The position numbers were made by a program, and so were the translations under genes. DNA of 64,000 bases from the IMG/VR virus record IMGVR_UViG_3300023174_000062, one strand, 5' to 3'. Positions 1 through 9,158 of the stretch are shown here, one piece after another (the first letter of the stretch is position 1; each line of letters begins with the position of its first letter). Below the pieces are notes generated by a model that was not told the origin of the DNA, searched no databases, and saw nothing but the letters and a program-made list of their open reading frames with translations. Source of the stretch: a virus.

Positions 1-1536
1 AGTTTCGGTGGTGATGATACTGAAGACTATGAAGACAAAAATCCAAATGATTATGATTCTGGATCCGATGACGGTGATGATGATTTCGAATCTGAAGATC
101 AATTCGACAATGGCTATTCTAATACGCCAACATTCGAAGATGCTATGCCTAATGAGTTGAAGGCATATGGTGATGAAGTGAAATCTGTAACGGATGAAAA
201 ATTTCAACAAGCATTAAAAGGTCTTGCCGAAACAAAAGAAATTTATGTTGGTAAAATTGCTAGCCAATCTAAAATCAATGTAAAAGAATATGTTGTTCCG
301 TTTAAAGAGTTAAAATTCTTTAATGATGAATTGTACAATGATCCTGAGTTGGAACCACACCAGCGTTATGATTCTACTTTGCTAACAAAATTTGAAGCCA
401 AGAATAAAAATCCAATTGCGTATCTTGTAAAAGAATTTGAAATGAAAAAGAAAGCGGCTGAATTGCGCCGTGTAACAGTCTCCGATACTGGTACGCTGGA
501 CACCAACAAGTTGCATACTTACAAATTCAATGACGATATCTTCCGTAAGATTGGTTCTGTTGCTGAAGGTAAGAATCACGGTATTGTGATGTTCATTGAC
601 TGGTCTGGTTCTATGCAAGATAATCTGTCTGGCACAATTGAACAGTTGATTACAATGGCAACGTTCTGCCGCAAAGTGAATATTCCGTTTGATGTTTATG
701 CCTTCAGTACCGAATATCAAAAGGCTAAAAAAGAATATGTTCCTGCGCCAGAAGGTCAATTGCAAATTGATAATTTTTCTCTGTTAAACATTTTGTCTAG
801 CAGTATGAAGAATCCAACATATCGTAAATTTGCAAATGATTTGTTGCAAGTGGCTGAGGCATATCAACCTTATGTAAATCATCGTAGAAATTACAAGTCT
901 AGTTATATCTGTGATGGTATGGGACTTGGTGGTACTCCGTTGAATGCGACAATTCAAGTTGCATCTAATGTTGTGAATGATTTCCGTAAACGCACTCGGT
1001 CAGAAATTGTGAATGTTATCTTTTTGACTGATGGAGAAGATTCTTCTACTCTTTGGACTGATAATGAATTAGGTCGTAGTGTTCGTATCGGACCTTCTGA
1101 CTTCCGTTCAGTATCTTACATTGAAGATAAAGATTCTGCAAAAACCTATCGTGTAAGTGACAAAGGTGTAACACCTACTCTGTTGGAAATTCTAAAGGAT
1201 CGTACTGGTTGCAATTTGATTGGATTCTACATTCTGCCAAAAAGCAAACGTTACTTCCAAAATGCAATGGCACGTTTCAACATGATGATGACGGATGATA
1301 AGTACAAACAATTCCGTAATGAAAAATTCTTTTCTGTTAACGGATATGGCTACTCAGAATATTTTCTGATTCCTGGTGGTGATGATTTGTCTACCGAAGA
1401 TGATTCGCTATCAGACATTCTTGGCGAAGCCAAAGATGTTTCCGCACGTAAGTTGAAAGGCGCATTCTTGAAAATGAACCAAAACCGTTTGACTAATCGT
1501 GTTCTTCTCTCTAAGGTAATCAAGGAAATTGCTTGA
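1..1536 (+). CDS. CobT-like VWA-domain protein (partner of MoxR AAA+ ATPase), 5' truncated
   Basis: Frame open from base 1; acidic linker; MIDAS motif DWSGSM, GGTPL, FLTDGE. Confidence 0.8.
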   Translation, partial: SFGGDDTEDYEDKNPNDYDSGSDDGDDDFESEDQFDNGYSNTPTFEDAMPNELKAYGDEVKSVTDEKFQQALKGLAETKEIYVGKIASQSKINVKEYVVPFKELKFFNDELYNDPELEPHQRYDSTLLTKFEAKNKNPIAYLVKEFEMKKKAAELRRVTVSDTGTLDTNKLHTYKFNDDIFRKIGSVAEGKNHGIVMFIDWSGSMQDNLSGTIEQLITMATFCRKVNIPFDVYAFSTEYQKAKKEYVPAPEGQLQIDNFSLLNILSSSMKNPTYRKFANDLLQVAEAYQPYVNHRRNYKSSYICDGMGLGGTPLNATIQVASNVVNDFRKRTRSEIVNVIFLTDGEDSSTLWTDNELGRSVRIGPSDFRSVSYIEDKDSAKTYRVSDKGVTPTLLEILKDRTGCNLIGFYILPKSKRYFQNAMARFNMMMTDDKYKQFRNEKFFSVNGYGYSEYFLIPGGDDLSTEDDSLSDILGEAKDVSARKLKGAFLKMNQNRLTNRVLLSKVIKEIA

Positions 1537-1596
1537 TGTTGCGTAAAAACAACAGTTTGAATAACCCTTGACTTACCATAAATACTCTGTTATACT
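1537..1596 (+). promoter_or_regulatory. sigma70-type promoter with upstream TGTTG-N8-CAACA palindrome
   Basis: TGTTG cgtaaaaa CAACA 1537-1554; TTGACT 1568, 17 bp, TATACT 1591. Confidence 0.75.
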
Positions 1597-1639
1597 ACTA
1601 GTATTGAAATTGATTTTTAACTGAAAGGCAAATTATATT

Positions 1640-2827
1640 ATGATTACGCAAAGTGAAAAAATTGCATTCGTTACCGAAGCCGCCAAACGTTTCGGTGCCA
1701 TTGTAACCCGCCAGCAATTGGTGACACTTTCTGAAGAGACTGGCACCAAGCGCCAGTTCTGGCTTGAAGCCGACCAGTACCGAGTTGGTCGTGGCAAGTA
1801 TCAATTGCCCCTCCAAGAATTTAATGTTAACATGGCTGGTCTTGCACTAGTGCAATCCACTCCAGTTCCTTCTATGCCAATTACTGAACCTATCAAGGCT
1901 CCTGTTGCAAAGGCAGTAGCAAAAATGTCTTCCGTTGCACGTATGCAAGAAGGCGCAATTATTCCTAAAGTGAATTCTCTATACGTTCCTTTTGGATTCT
2001 TTGACAACATGAAACGTATTGTTGCATCGAAGAAATTTTATCCAGTATTTGTTTCTGGTCTCTCTGGTAACGGCAAGACTTTCATGGTCGAACAAGCCTG
2101 TGCCCAATTGAAAACAGAATGTCTCCGTGTGAATATTTCACCAGAGACTGATGAAGATGATTTGATTGGTGGTTTCCGTTTGATTGACGGTGAGACAAAA
2201 TGGTTTGATGGTCCAGTTGTTCAAGCAATGAAGTCTGGCGCCGTTTTGATTCTTGATGAAATTGATCGTGGTTCAAATAAACTAATGTGCTTGCAAGGTG
2301 TACTTGAAGGCAAAGGTTTGTTTGTTAAAAAGACTGGTGAGTTTGTTGAGCCAATGCAAGGTTTCAACGTTATCGCTACTGCAAACACCAAAGGTAAAGG
2401 TGATGAATCTGGTCGCTATATGGCCGCTACAATTCTTGATGATGCGTTCCTTGAGCGTTTCCCAATTACTGTAGAACAAGAATATCCTGATGTTAAAGTT
2501 GAAACAAAGATTTTGACTAAGTTGTTTACCAGCCTTGGTATTGATGACAAAGCATTCGCAGAAAATCTTGTGAAGTGGGCTGATATCATTCGTAAGACTT
2601 TCGAAGAAGGTGCTATCGATGAATTGATTTCTACTCGCCGTTTGTCGCACATTGCTGAAGCCTATACTATCTTCAATGATAAGATGGAAGCAATTAAGTA
2701 TTGTATCAACCGCTTTGATGCAGAGACTAAAACTTCATTCCTTGATTTGTATACCAAGATTGATGCTGGCATTGATCCTACTGCGGAAGTGACACCTGCG
2801 CCAGCAGTTGATGACGTACCGTTCTAA
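1640..2827 (+). CDS. cobS: CobS-like MoxR family AAA+ ATPase
   Basis: Walker A GLSGNGKT, Walker B LILDEID, ATANTKG, LERF; typical of T4-like phages next to a VWA gene. Confidence 0.85.
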   Translation: MITQSEKIAFVTEAAKRFGAIVTRQQLVTLSEETGTKRQFWLEADQYRVGRGKYQLPLQEFNVNMAGLALVQSTPVPSMPITEPIKAPVAKAVAKMSSVARMQEGAIIPKVNSLYVPFGFFDNMKRIVASKKFYPVFVSGLSGNGKTFMVEQACAQLKTECLRVNISPETDEDDLIGGFRLIDGETKWFDGPVVQAMKSGAVLILDEIDRGSNKLMCLQGVLEGKGLFVKKTGEFVEPMQGFNVIATANTKGKGDESGRYMAATILDDAFLERFPITVEQEYPDVKVETKILTKLFTSLGIDDKAFAENLVKWADIIRKTFEEGAIDELISTRRLSHIAEAYTIFNDKMEAIKYCINRFDAETKTSFLDLYTKIDAGIDPTAEVTPAPAVDDVPF

Positions 2828-2849
2828 ATCTCCTGGCAGTAATGCCTTA

Positions 2850-2877
2850 GAGGCTACTTGACGTAGCCTCTTTTTTT
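2850..2877 (+). terminator. Intrinsic terminator overlapping a sigma70 promoter
   Basis: GAGGCTAC-ttgac-GTAGCCTC-T7; TTGACG 2858, 17 bp, TATAAT 2881. Confidence 0.8.
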
Positions 2878-2918
2878 ATATATAATAGTGAGATAATTTT
2901 TAATAATATGGAGAATTT

Positions 2919-3776
2919 ATGGAATTTGAATTGAACATTCAGCAATTAAGAACTAAAAAACTTTTTATTGCGACACCAATGTATGGCGGACAATGCCATG
3001 GTGCATACACAAAAGCAATCACCGATCTTATGGTACTATGTACCAAGTATGGTATTGAAGCCAAACTCTTTTTCATCTTCAACGAATCACTAGTGCAACG
3101 TGCTAGGAATTATTTGACGGATGAATTTGTTCGTAGTGGATTCGATTATATGCTTTTCATCGATAGCGATATTCACTTTGAAGCGCAAGACGTTTTAGTG
3201 ATGATGCACTTTGCGGTAACCCGTGAAGATATGGATGTTGTTTGTGCGCCATATCCAAAGAAAGCAATTTCTTGGGAGAAAATTAAAGTTGCAGTTGACA
3301 AAGGATTCGCAGATGCTAATCCAAATCAATTGGAAGAATTTGTTGGTGACTACGTTTTCAATCCAGCAGATGGTGTTACTCAATTCCGAATTGATGAACC
3401 AATCGAAGTGAAAGAAAGTGGTACAGGCTTTATGCTTATCACACGTACTGCACTTGAAAAATATGATGTTGCATTCCCAACACAAAGTTATAAGCCAGAT
3501 CATGTGCGTACAGAAAACTTTGATGGTAGCCGAGAAATCATGGCGTACTTTGATTGCGTTATTTGTCCAGATACAAAACGTTATCTCTCAGAAGATTACA
3601 TGTTCTGTCAATGGATGCGTAAAGCAGGTGGTAAGGTTTGGTTGCTTCCATGGATTCGTTTGAAACATGCTGGTAGTTATATCTTTGGTGGTTCTTTGCA
3701 AGCACTTGCGGCTATCAATGCATCACCAACCGCCGATGCTACAGCAGTTAAAAGAAGTGTTACTGCACTAAGATGA
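2919..3776 (+). CDS. GT-A fold glycosyltransferase-like protein
   Basis: IATPMYGG, RARN, FIDSDI (DxD), GTGFMLI, LSEDYMFC motifs. Confidence 0.65.
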   Translation: MEFELNIQQLRTKKLFIATPMYGGQCHGAYTKAITDLMVLCTKYGIEAKLFFIFNESLVQRARNYLTDEFVRSGFDYMLFIDSDIHFEAQDVLVMMHFAVTREDMDVVCAPYPKKAISWEKIKVAVDKGFADANPNQLEEFVGDYVFNPADGVTQFRIDEPIEVKESGTGFMLITRTALEKYDVAFPTQSYKPDHVRTENFDGSREIMAYFDCVICPDTKRYLSEDYMFCQWMRKAGGKVWLLPWIRLKHAGSYIFGGSLQALAAINASPTADATAVKRSVTALR

Positions 3777-4060
3777 TAGACTATCGATATAATGAAGATA
3801 AGACTTTGGAGGAACTGAAGTCTTATATTGACGCAACATACGGGCAACATTATTCCCGTGACAAATTCCAAGCAACAGAATTCATCATCGATGGTGGACA
3901 TGGTGAAGGATTCTGTATCGGGAACGTGCTGAAATATGCACAAAGGTATGGCAAGAAAGACGGCCGCAATCGTAAAGACTTGCTTAAAATTTTACACTAT
4001 GCTATAATCATGCTACACGTACATGACTTGAATGAAGGAAAACAAAATGAAACTAAGTGA
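3773..4060 (+). CDS. DUF3310-like protein
   Basis: HYS...GFCIGNVLKYAQRYGKK...DLLKILHY signature. Confidence 0.7.
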   Translation: MIDYRYNEDKTLEELKSYIDATYGQHYSRDKFQATEFIIDGGHGEGFCIGNVLKYAQRYGKKDGRNRKDLLKILHYAIIMLHVHDLNEGKQNETK

Positions 4061-4718
4061 ATCAACAATCAACGTTCTTAAAAACTTTGCTACCATTAAT
4101 GCTGGTATGCAATTTAAAGAAGGCTCTGTAGTGCGAACTATCTCCAAAGGACAGAACGTACTAGGCAAAGCAACAGTAACGGAAGCATTCGAAAAAGATT
4201 TTGTCATTTATGATTTGAATCGTTTCTTGTCTCTCTGTGGTTCTTTGACTGACCCTGAGATTGTTATCAATAGTGATAGCAATAATCTCACAATCAAATC
4301 TGGAACATCCAAGACAACATATGGTCTTGCAGATGAATCTATGATTATTGCACCGCCAGCAAAAGAGATTAAAGTAGAAAATGCCGAAGTGAATTTTCGA
4401 CTGACAAAAGATGACTTGAATCAAGTATTGAAGTTGTCTGGCATCTTGGGTCTTCCAAACATTGCAGTAACTGGTAATGGTTCGGAAATCTCTATCTCTG
4501 CGCTTGACGTTAAGAATGCAGACTCTGATGACTTCTCAATTAAAGTTGGTGAGACTTCAGCAAACTTCCGAATGATTTTCGTTACAGAAAATCTTAAGAT
4601 GGTTCCTGGTACATATGATGTATCTATTTCGTCCAAAGGCATTTCACATTTCAAACATGCGACTGATGCAATTGAATATTGGATTGCTACTGAAGCCGGT
4701 TCTAAGTACGAAGGTTAA
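4047..4718 (+). CDS. 45: Sliding clamp gp45
   Basis: MKLSESTINVLKNFATIN N-terminus, C-terminal YWIATE; synteny with 44/62. Confidence 0.92.
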   Translation: MKLSESTINVLKNFATINAGMQFKEGSVVRTISKGQNVLGKATVTEAFEKDFVIYDLNRFLSLCGSLTDPEIVINSDSNNLTIKSGTSKTTYGLADESMIIAPPAKEIKVENAEVNFRLTKDDLNQVLKLSGILGLPNIAVTGNGSEISISALDVKNADSDDFSIKVGETSANFRMIFVTENLKMVPGTYDVSISSKGISHFKHATDAIEYWIATEAGSKYEG

Positions 4719-4722
4719 TATT

Positions 4723-4983
4723 ATGAGTAATGTGATTGTTCCGTCCTCTCCAGAGGACCGTAAAAAGATTCTGGATGCACTTGTCGAAATTTCAAATTCA
4801 CTCACTCGCATTGAAGCGGAACGTGATTTGATTAAAGACATTCTTGTTTCGGTTGAAGATAAATTTGAGTTGCCTAAAAAGTACACTCGCAAACTTGCAA
4901 AAATTTATCACAAACAAAACTTCACCGAGGTACAACAAGAACAAGACGATGTTGAAACCCTTTATGAGAGTGTGGCTAAGTAA
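4723..4983 (+). CDS. dsbA: DsbA-like dsDNA-binding transcription regulator
   Basis: IEAERDLIKDI...LAKIYHKQNF resembles T4 DsbA. Confidence 0.7.
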   Translation: MSNVIVPSSPEDRKKILDALVEISNSLTRIEAERDLIKDILVSVEDKFELPKKYTRKLAKIYHKQNFTEVQQEQDDVETLYESVAK

Positions 4984-5049
4984 CACTCAGTTTGCATTCT
5001 AACATGCAATGTGTTAGAATATATTTTTATGTTATGATAAGGTGAACAC

Positions 5050-5988
5050 ATGCTACAAGATTTTTTGTGGGTCGAAAAGTATCGACCAAAAACTGTTGAA
5101 GATACAATTCTTCCAGCAGACTTAAAGGCAACATTCCAACAATTCGTTGACCAAAAGAATGTTCCCAATCTGATTCTTACAGGCGGTCCTGGCGTTGGTA
5201 AAACTACTATCGCCAAGGCTATGCTTGAAGAACTTGGATGTACTTATATTGTTATTAACGGATCGATGAATGGCAACATCGATACCTTGCGAAATGAAAT
5301 TAAAAACTTTGCCTCAACTGTATCATTCTCTGGTGGTCGCAAATATGTTATTCTTGACGAGGCTGATTATCTTAATCCGCAATCTACTCAACCCGCATTA
5401 CGAAACTTCATGGAAGAGTTTTCTGCTAATTGTGGTTTTATCCTTACTTGCAACTTTCTCAATCGTATCATCGCCCCTCTTCACAGCCGATGCTCTGTTG
5501 TACAGTTTAAGATAAACGCATCAGACAAGCCAAAACTTGCTGGTCGTTTTATGAAACGTATGACTGGCATTCTACAAAAAGAAAACGTAGAGTATGAAGA
5601 GAAGGTTGTTGCTGAACTTATTATGAAACACTTTCCTGATTGGAGGCGTGTTCTCAATGAACTGCAACGTTACTCCGCTACGGGTAAGATTGATACTGGA
5701 ATTCTTGCGAATATCTCAAGTGACAATTTCAAGTCATTAGTTGATAAACTGAAAGCAAAAGACTTCACAGGTATGCGTAAGTGGGTTGCAGAGAATCTAG
5801 ACAATGAGCCATCAGTACTATTCAAACGAATCTTTGATAACAGCAATGAATGCTTAGTGCCAGATTCTGTTCCACGTTTGGTTCTATTGCTTGCCGACTA
5901 TCAATACAAGTCTGCATTTGTCGTTGACCAAGAAATTAACTTTGTCGCTTTCTTGACTGAAGTGATGGTTGACTGTGAATTCAAATGA
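5050..5988 (+). CDS. 44: Clamp loader large subunit gp44
   Basis: LWVEKYRP, GGPGVGKTT, ILDEAD, LHSRC. Confidence 0.95.
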   Translation: MLQDFLWVEKYRPKTVEDTILPADLKATFQQFVDQKNVPNLILTGGPGVGKTTIAKAMLEELGCTYIVINGSMNGNIDTLRNEIKNFASTVSFSGGRKYVILDEADYLNPQSTQPALRNFMEEFSANCGFILTCNFLNRIIAPLHSRCSVVQFKINASDKPKLAGRFMKRMTGILQKENVEYEEKVVAELIMKHFPDWRRVLNELQRYSATGKIDTGILANISSDNFKSLVDKLKAKDFTGMRKWVAENLDNEPSVLFKRIFDNSNECLVPDSVPRLVLLLADYQYKSAFVVDQEINFVAFLTEVMVDCEFK

Positions 5989-6404
5989 CACCATTTGACT
6001 ACCTAAACGCTATCAACCAATCAAAAGAAAACATGATGGTTGGTACTGACAATGATGACTTGGCAGAAAAATCGTACAATGCGTACATCGTTAATAAAGG
6101 ACTATCTTACTTTCCAGACACCGTACTCTATGCTAATGAGATGAATCTCCGTCATTTACTTGACAACAAACCTCAATTTCTCTATTTACTAAATACCATC
6201 AGGCCTAAAAAAAGGTTCAGCAAATGGTTTAAAAATGAAATAGTTGAGGACATTAATGTGATTTCAGAATATTTTGGCTATAGTTACGCTAAGGCTAAAC
6301 AAGTACAGAATCTCATAACCTCCGATCAACTTAAAATCATGCGACAAAAATTAGAAAAAGGTGGTTTGAAGTCTAAGGAGAAAAAAAATGGCGGTGAACG
6401 TTGA
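5985..6404 (+). CDS. 62: Clamp loader small subunit gp62
   Basis: LSYFPDTVLYANEMN, KKRFSKW; follows gp44. Confidence 0.9.
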   Translation: MTPFDYLNAINQSKENMMVGTDNDDLAEKSYNAYIVNKGLSYFPDTVLYANEMNLRHLLDNKPQFLYLLNTIRPKKRFSKWFKNEIVEDINVISEYFGYSYAKAKQVQNLITSDQLKIMRQKLEKGGLKSKEKKNGGER

Positions 6405-6801
6405 AGACCTACTTGAGGTAAGATTAAAACAAGAAGACGATTTTTTAAAAGTAAAAGAAACACTAACCCGTATTGGCGTTGCATCCCGTAAGGATAAAAC
6501 ATTGTACCAATCGTGTCATATTTTACATAAAAAAGGTAAATATTATATTGTACATTTTAAAGAGTTATTTGCATTAGATGGCAAACCAACTGACTTTGAA
6601 GAGAATGATTTAGCGAGAAGAAACACAATTGCAAAATTGCTAGCCGAATGGGGACTAATTGAAATTGTTCCTAGGGCAACAAATGTTGAAGAGCCTATAG
6701 CACCATTGTCTCAAATCAAAATCATATCTTACAAAGAAAAAAATGATTGGCTCTTAACTGCTAAATATAATATCGGAAACAAAAAGAGGGAAGTAGAATA
6801 A
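6388..6801 (+). CDS. regA: Translational repressor RegA
   Basis: DDFLKVKETLTRIG, LYQSCHILHKKGKYYIVHFKELF. Confidence 0.95.
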   Translation: MAVNVEDLLEVRLKQEDDFLKVKETLTRIGVASRKDKTLYQSCHILHKKGKYYIVHFKELFALDGKPTDFEENDLARRNTIAKLLAEWGLIEIVPRATNVEEPIAPLSQIKIISYKEKNDWLLTAKYNIGNKKREVE

Positions 6802-6802
6802 A

Positions 6803-7246
6803 ATGGATGAACTAGTACAATCGCTAAAAGTGACTTTAGCAAATCACTATGCGTTTTATTTGAAGACACATTACTATCATTGGAATGTAACAGGCTCTAA
6901 TTTTCCACAGTATCATGTTTTTCTAGAAGGAATCTATACTGAAGTTTATGGTGTAGTTGACCAAATTGCAGAAGAGATTCGTGGATTGGATTCATATGCA
7001 CCAGGAAGTTTTAATCGATTCATTCAGTTGTCTCAAATTCAAGGTGATGAAACTGTGCCACCAGCAGAAGTAATGTTGCAAAGATTATTGGATGATATTC
7101 CTGTAATGTTATCAAACATTGAACGTACATATGAACTTGCAGAACAAGTACATGCACATCATATCAGCAACTTTTTGGCGGAAAGACAAGACGCATTTAA
7201 CAAACATGCATGGATGCTTAGAGCAACATTAAAAAAATTGGCATAA
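6803..7246 (+). CDS. dps: Dps / ferritin-like DNA protection protein
   Basis: KTHYYHWNVTG.NF...H...DQIAEEIR, HAWML. Confidence 0.88.
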   Translation: MDELVQSLKVTLANHYAFYLKTHYYHWNVTGSNFPQYHVFLEGIYTEVYGVVDQIAEEIRGLDSYAPGSFNRFIQLSQIQGDETVPPAEVMLQRLLDDIPVMLSNIERTYELAEQVHAHHISNFLAERQDAFNKHAWMLRATLKKLA

Positions 7247-7326
7247 ATAAATTTGTCAACCAAATACACTTGACAAGCGTTATATAATATGAGATAATGT
7301 TATCTCAAACTAAATTAGGAGATTCT

Positions 7327-7548
7327 ATGAAATCCATGAAAGTATTGACAGCAGTAGCACTTACTACTCTCTCCCTAGTTGCCGTTGCGGCAGACAAACC
7401 AGCAGAAACAAAACCTGCGCCTGCAACAACAGCATCAGCACCTGCCGCTAAAGCAGACTCTAAAAAAGAGAAACCACATCCCAAAGTGATTACTCCAAAA
7501 GAGAAAGCCGCAAAAAAAGCAGAGGCTAAAGTAGACGCTAAGAAATAA
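7327..7548 (+). CDS. Small exported Ala/Lys-rich protein
   Basis: Signal peptide ending VAVAA, low-complexity basic tail; GGAG SD; TTGACA promoter at 7270. Confidence 0.6.
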   Translation: MKSMKVLTAVALTTLSLVAVAADKPAETKPAPATTASAPAAKADSKKEKPHPKVITPKEKAAKKAEAKVDAKK

Positions 7549-7590
7549 TTCTTAGCAAATTTTTTATCATTATTTGATGAGGTATATAAA

Positions 7591-7818
7591 ATGGCATTCG
7601 TAAATTCTAGCAAAACACAGACAGAACTCTTGGTATCATACTTGCGTGGTACTGGTCGTGGAATCTCTGCACCCCAAGCAAAGTCTTTGTTTGGTATCAA
7701 AAACCTTCGTGCCCGTATCAGCGACTTGCGCCAAGCAGGTTTCAAAATCCGTAAGGATATGAACACAGAAGGTAACACAACATATTTTGTTTCCCGCAGA
7801 ATGGTTGGACAGGCTTAA
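7591..7818 (+). CDS. Winged HTH-domain protein
   Basis: ISAPQAKSLFGIKNLRARISDLRQAGF. Confidence 0.65.
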   Translation: MAFVNSSKTQTELLVSYLRGTGRGISAPQAKSLFGIKNLRARISDLRQAGFKIRKDMNTEGNTTYFVSRRMVGQA

Positions 7819-7823
7819 TCTGT

Positions 7824-7960
7824 TATAAATAAACGTATCTCAGGGATGGGAACGTAAATGGCTCTTCTACCTTAGGAGCGTCTAACGCTGGTACAACGAT
7901 ATGGTACCCCTGTATTCAGTAAGCAGGATTTTAATGATACGCCTTCGGGGTATCGAATTT
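7824..7960 (+). ncRNA. Late promoter followed by structured leader RNA
   Basis: TATAAATA 7824; several short hairpins incl. GATAC-g-CC-UUCG-GG-GTATC 7936-7954. Confidence 0.45.
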
Positions 7961-7989
7961 TATTTTTAACTCGCTTAATAGGAGAAACT

Positions 7990-8217
7990 ATGTTACAAAA
8001 CATCAATAGTGCTATCGATGCATTTCAAAGCACAAAAACGCAATTCGTCAAAACATTCGTCAAGAATGAAGAACTTGCAAAACCCCTCAACACTTTCATT
8101 GAAGCGCAAACATCTTACGCAAAGGCTGTCGCTGTAGAAGTCAATAAGTTTTTTACAACTCTTGGCATGTCTGCATACACATTTGATGCTAAGAAAGCAT
8201 TTTCAAAATCTAAGTAA
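7990..8217 (+). CDS. Small amphipathic helical protein (hypothetical, possibly phasin-like)
   Basis: 75 aa, strong AGGAG SD. Confidence 0.5.
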   Translation: MLQNINSAIDAFQSTKTQFVKTFVKNEELAKPLNTFIEAQTSYAKAVAVEVNKFFTTLGMSAYTFDAKKAFSKSK

Positions 8218-8230
8218 GAGGAGATATAAA

Positions 8231-8731
8231 ATGGGACACACACCAATTCCCGCTATCTTTGGCGGACAAGGTTTCAAAGATTTTGATAAATTCTTTGTTG
8301 GCTTCGATGAGCAATTCAATCGACTAGCAAAAATACATGATGATGTGACTAAAAACATTCCTAACTACCCACCTTACAACATTCGCAAGACTGGTGACAA
8401 TACCTACGTCATTGAAATTGCGGTTGCTGGTTTTGGTAAACAAGAAATCGATATCACTTTAGAAGACAACAAATTAATTGTTGCGGGTAACACAAAAGAT
8501 GATGGAGACAATTTCTTGTTTAAGGGTATTGCTAATCGTGCATTCACTCGCACATTTGCACTTGATGACCAAATCGAAATTCAAGATGCCGCTTTGATTA
8601 ATGGCATGTTGAAGATTGCTTTGGAACGAATCATTCCAGAACATAAGAAGCCTAAGAAGATTGAAGTTAAGGATGCTGAATCTAAAACTAAAAAATCATC
8701 TCAGCAATATTTAACTGAGGATGAATTATGA
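8231..8731 (+). CDS. hsp20: Small heat-shock protein Hsp20 (IbpA-like)
   Basis: NYPPYNI, IEIAVAGF, GIANRAFTRTF, NGMLKI. Confidence 0.95.
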   Translation: MGHTPIPAIFGGQGFKDFDKFFVGFDEQFNRLAKIHDDVTKNIPNYPPYNIRKTGDNTYVIEIAVAGFGKQEIDITLEDNKLIVAGNTKDDGDNFLFKGIANRAFTRTFALDDQIEIQDAALINGMLKIALERIIPEHKKPKKIEVKDAESKTKKSSQQYLTEDEL

Positions 8732-8811
8732 AATCAATAAAAAACTTCTTTATTGCTTTACTTGAATCTATTCAAGAAATAAAAAAACATAAAGCAGAGC
8801 GTTTTAAGTAA
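8728..8811 (+). CDS. 27 aa hypothetical peptide
   Basis: MKSIKNFFIALLESIQEIKKHKAERFK; GAGG SD, ATGA overlap. Confidence 0.45.
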   Translation: MKSIKNFFIALLESIQEIKKHKAERFK

Positions 8812-8816
8812 ACACC

Positions 8817-8841
8817 GAGGGGGCGCAACGCCCCCTTTTTA
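8817..8841 (+). terminator. Intrinsic terminator
   Basis: AGGGGGCG-caa-CGCCCCCT-TTTT. Confidence 0.8.
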
Positions 8842-8855
8842 TTATAGGATATAAA

Positions 8856-9158
8856 ATGGCAAACTTGAGAATTTTAAAATTGGCAACAGGTGAAGAACTT
8901 GTCGGTGACATTGTAGAAGAAACTCCAGAAAAATATCGTGTAGAGAACCCATGTGTTCTTGGTATTGCAATGGGACCAAATGGCAAAGCAAGCCTTCAAA
9001 TGCAACCTCTCCTAATCTTTTCAGAACAAAAAGTGGTAGAGTTTAATCCCAACCACGTAATTTACAACGTATCAGTTGCACAAGAAATAAAAAACAAGTA
9101 TAATGAGATTTATGGTTCAGGAATTGTCCTGCCACCGACTCAAGGCATTATTACTTAA
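8856..9158 (+). CDS. Conserved T4-like hypothetical (Sm-like fold) protein
   Basis: LKLATGEELVG motif; usual position before gp43. Confidence 0.6.
   Translation: MANLRILKLATGEELVGDIVEETPEKYRVENPCVLGIAMGPNGKASLQMQPLLIFSEQKVVEFNPNHVIYNVSVAQEIKNKYNEIYGSGIVLPPTQGIIT

Noticed and set aside
1-2827. cobS/cobT as cobalamin biosynthesis auxiliary genes
   Set aside because: The MoxR AAA+/VWA pair is widespread in T4-like phages; there is no cobN or other cob gene here, so a chaperone role is more likely
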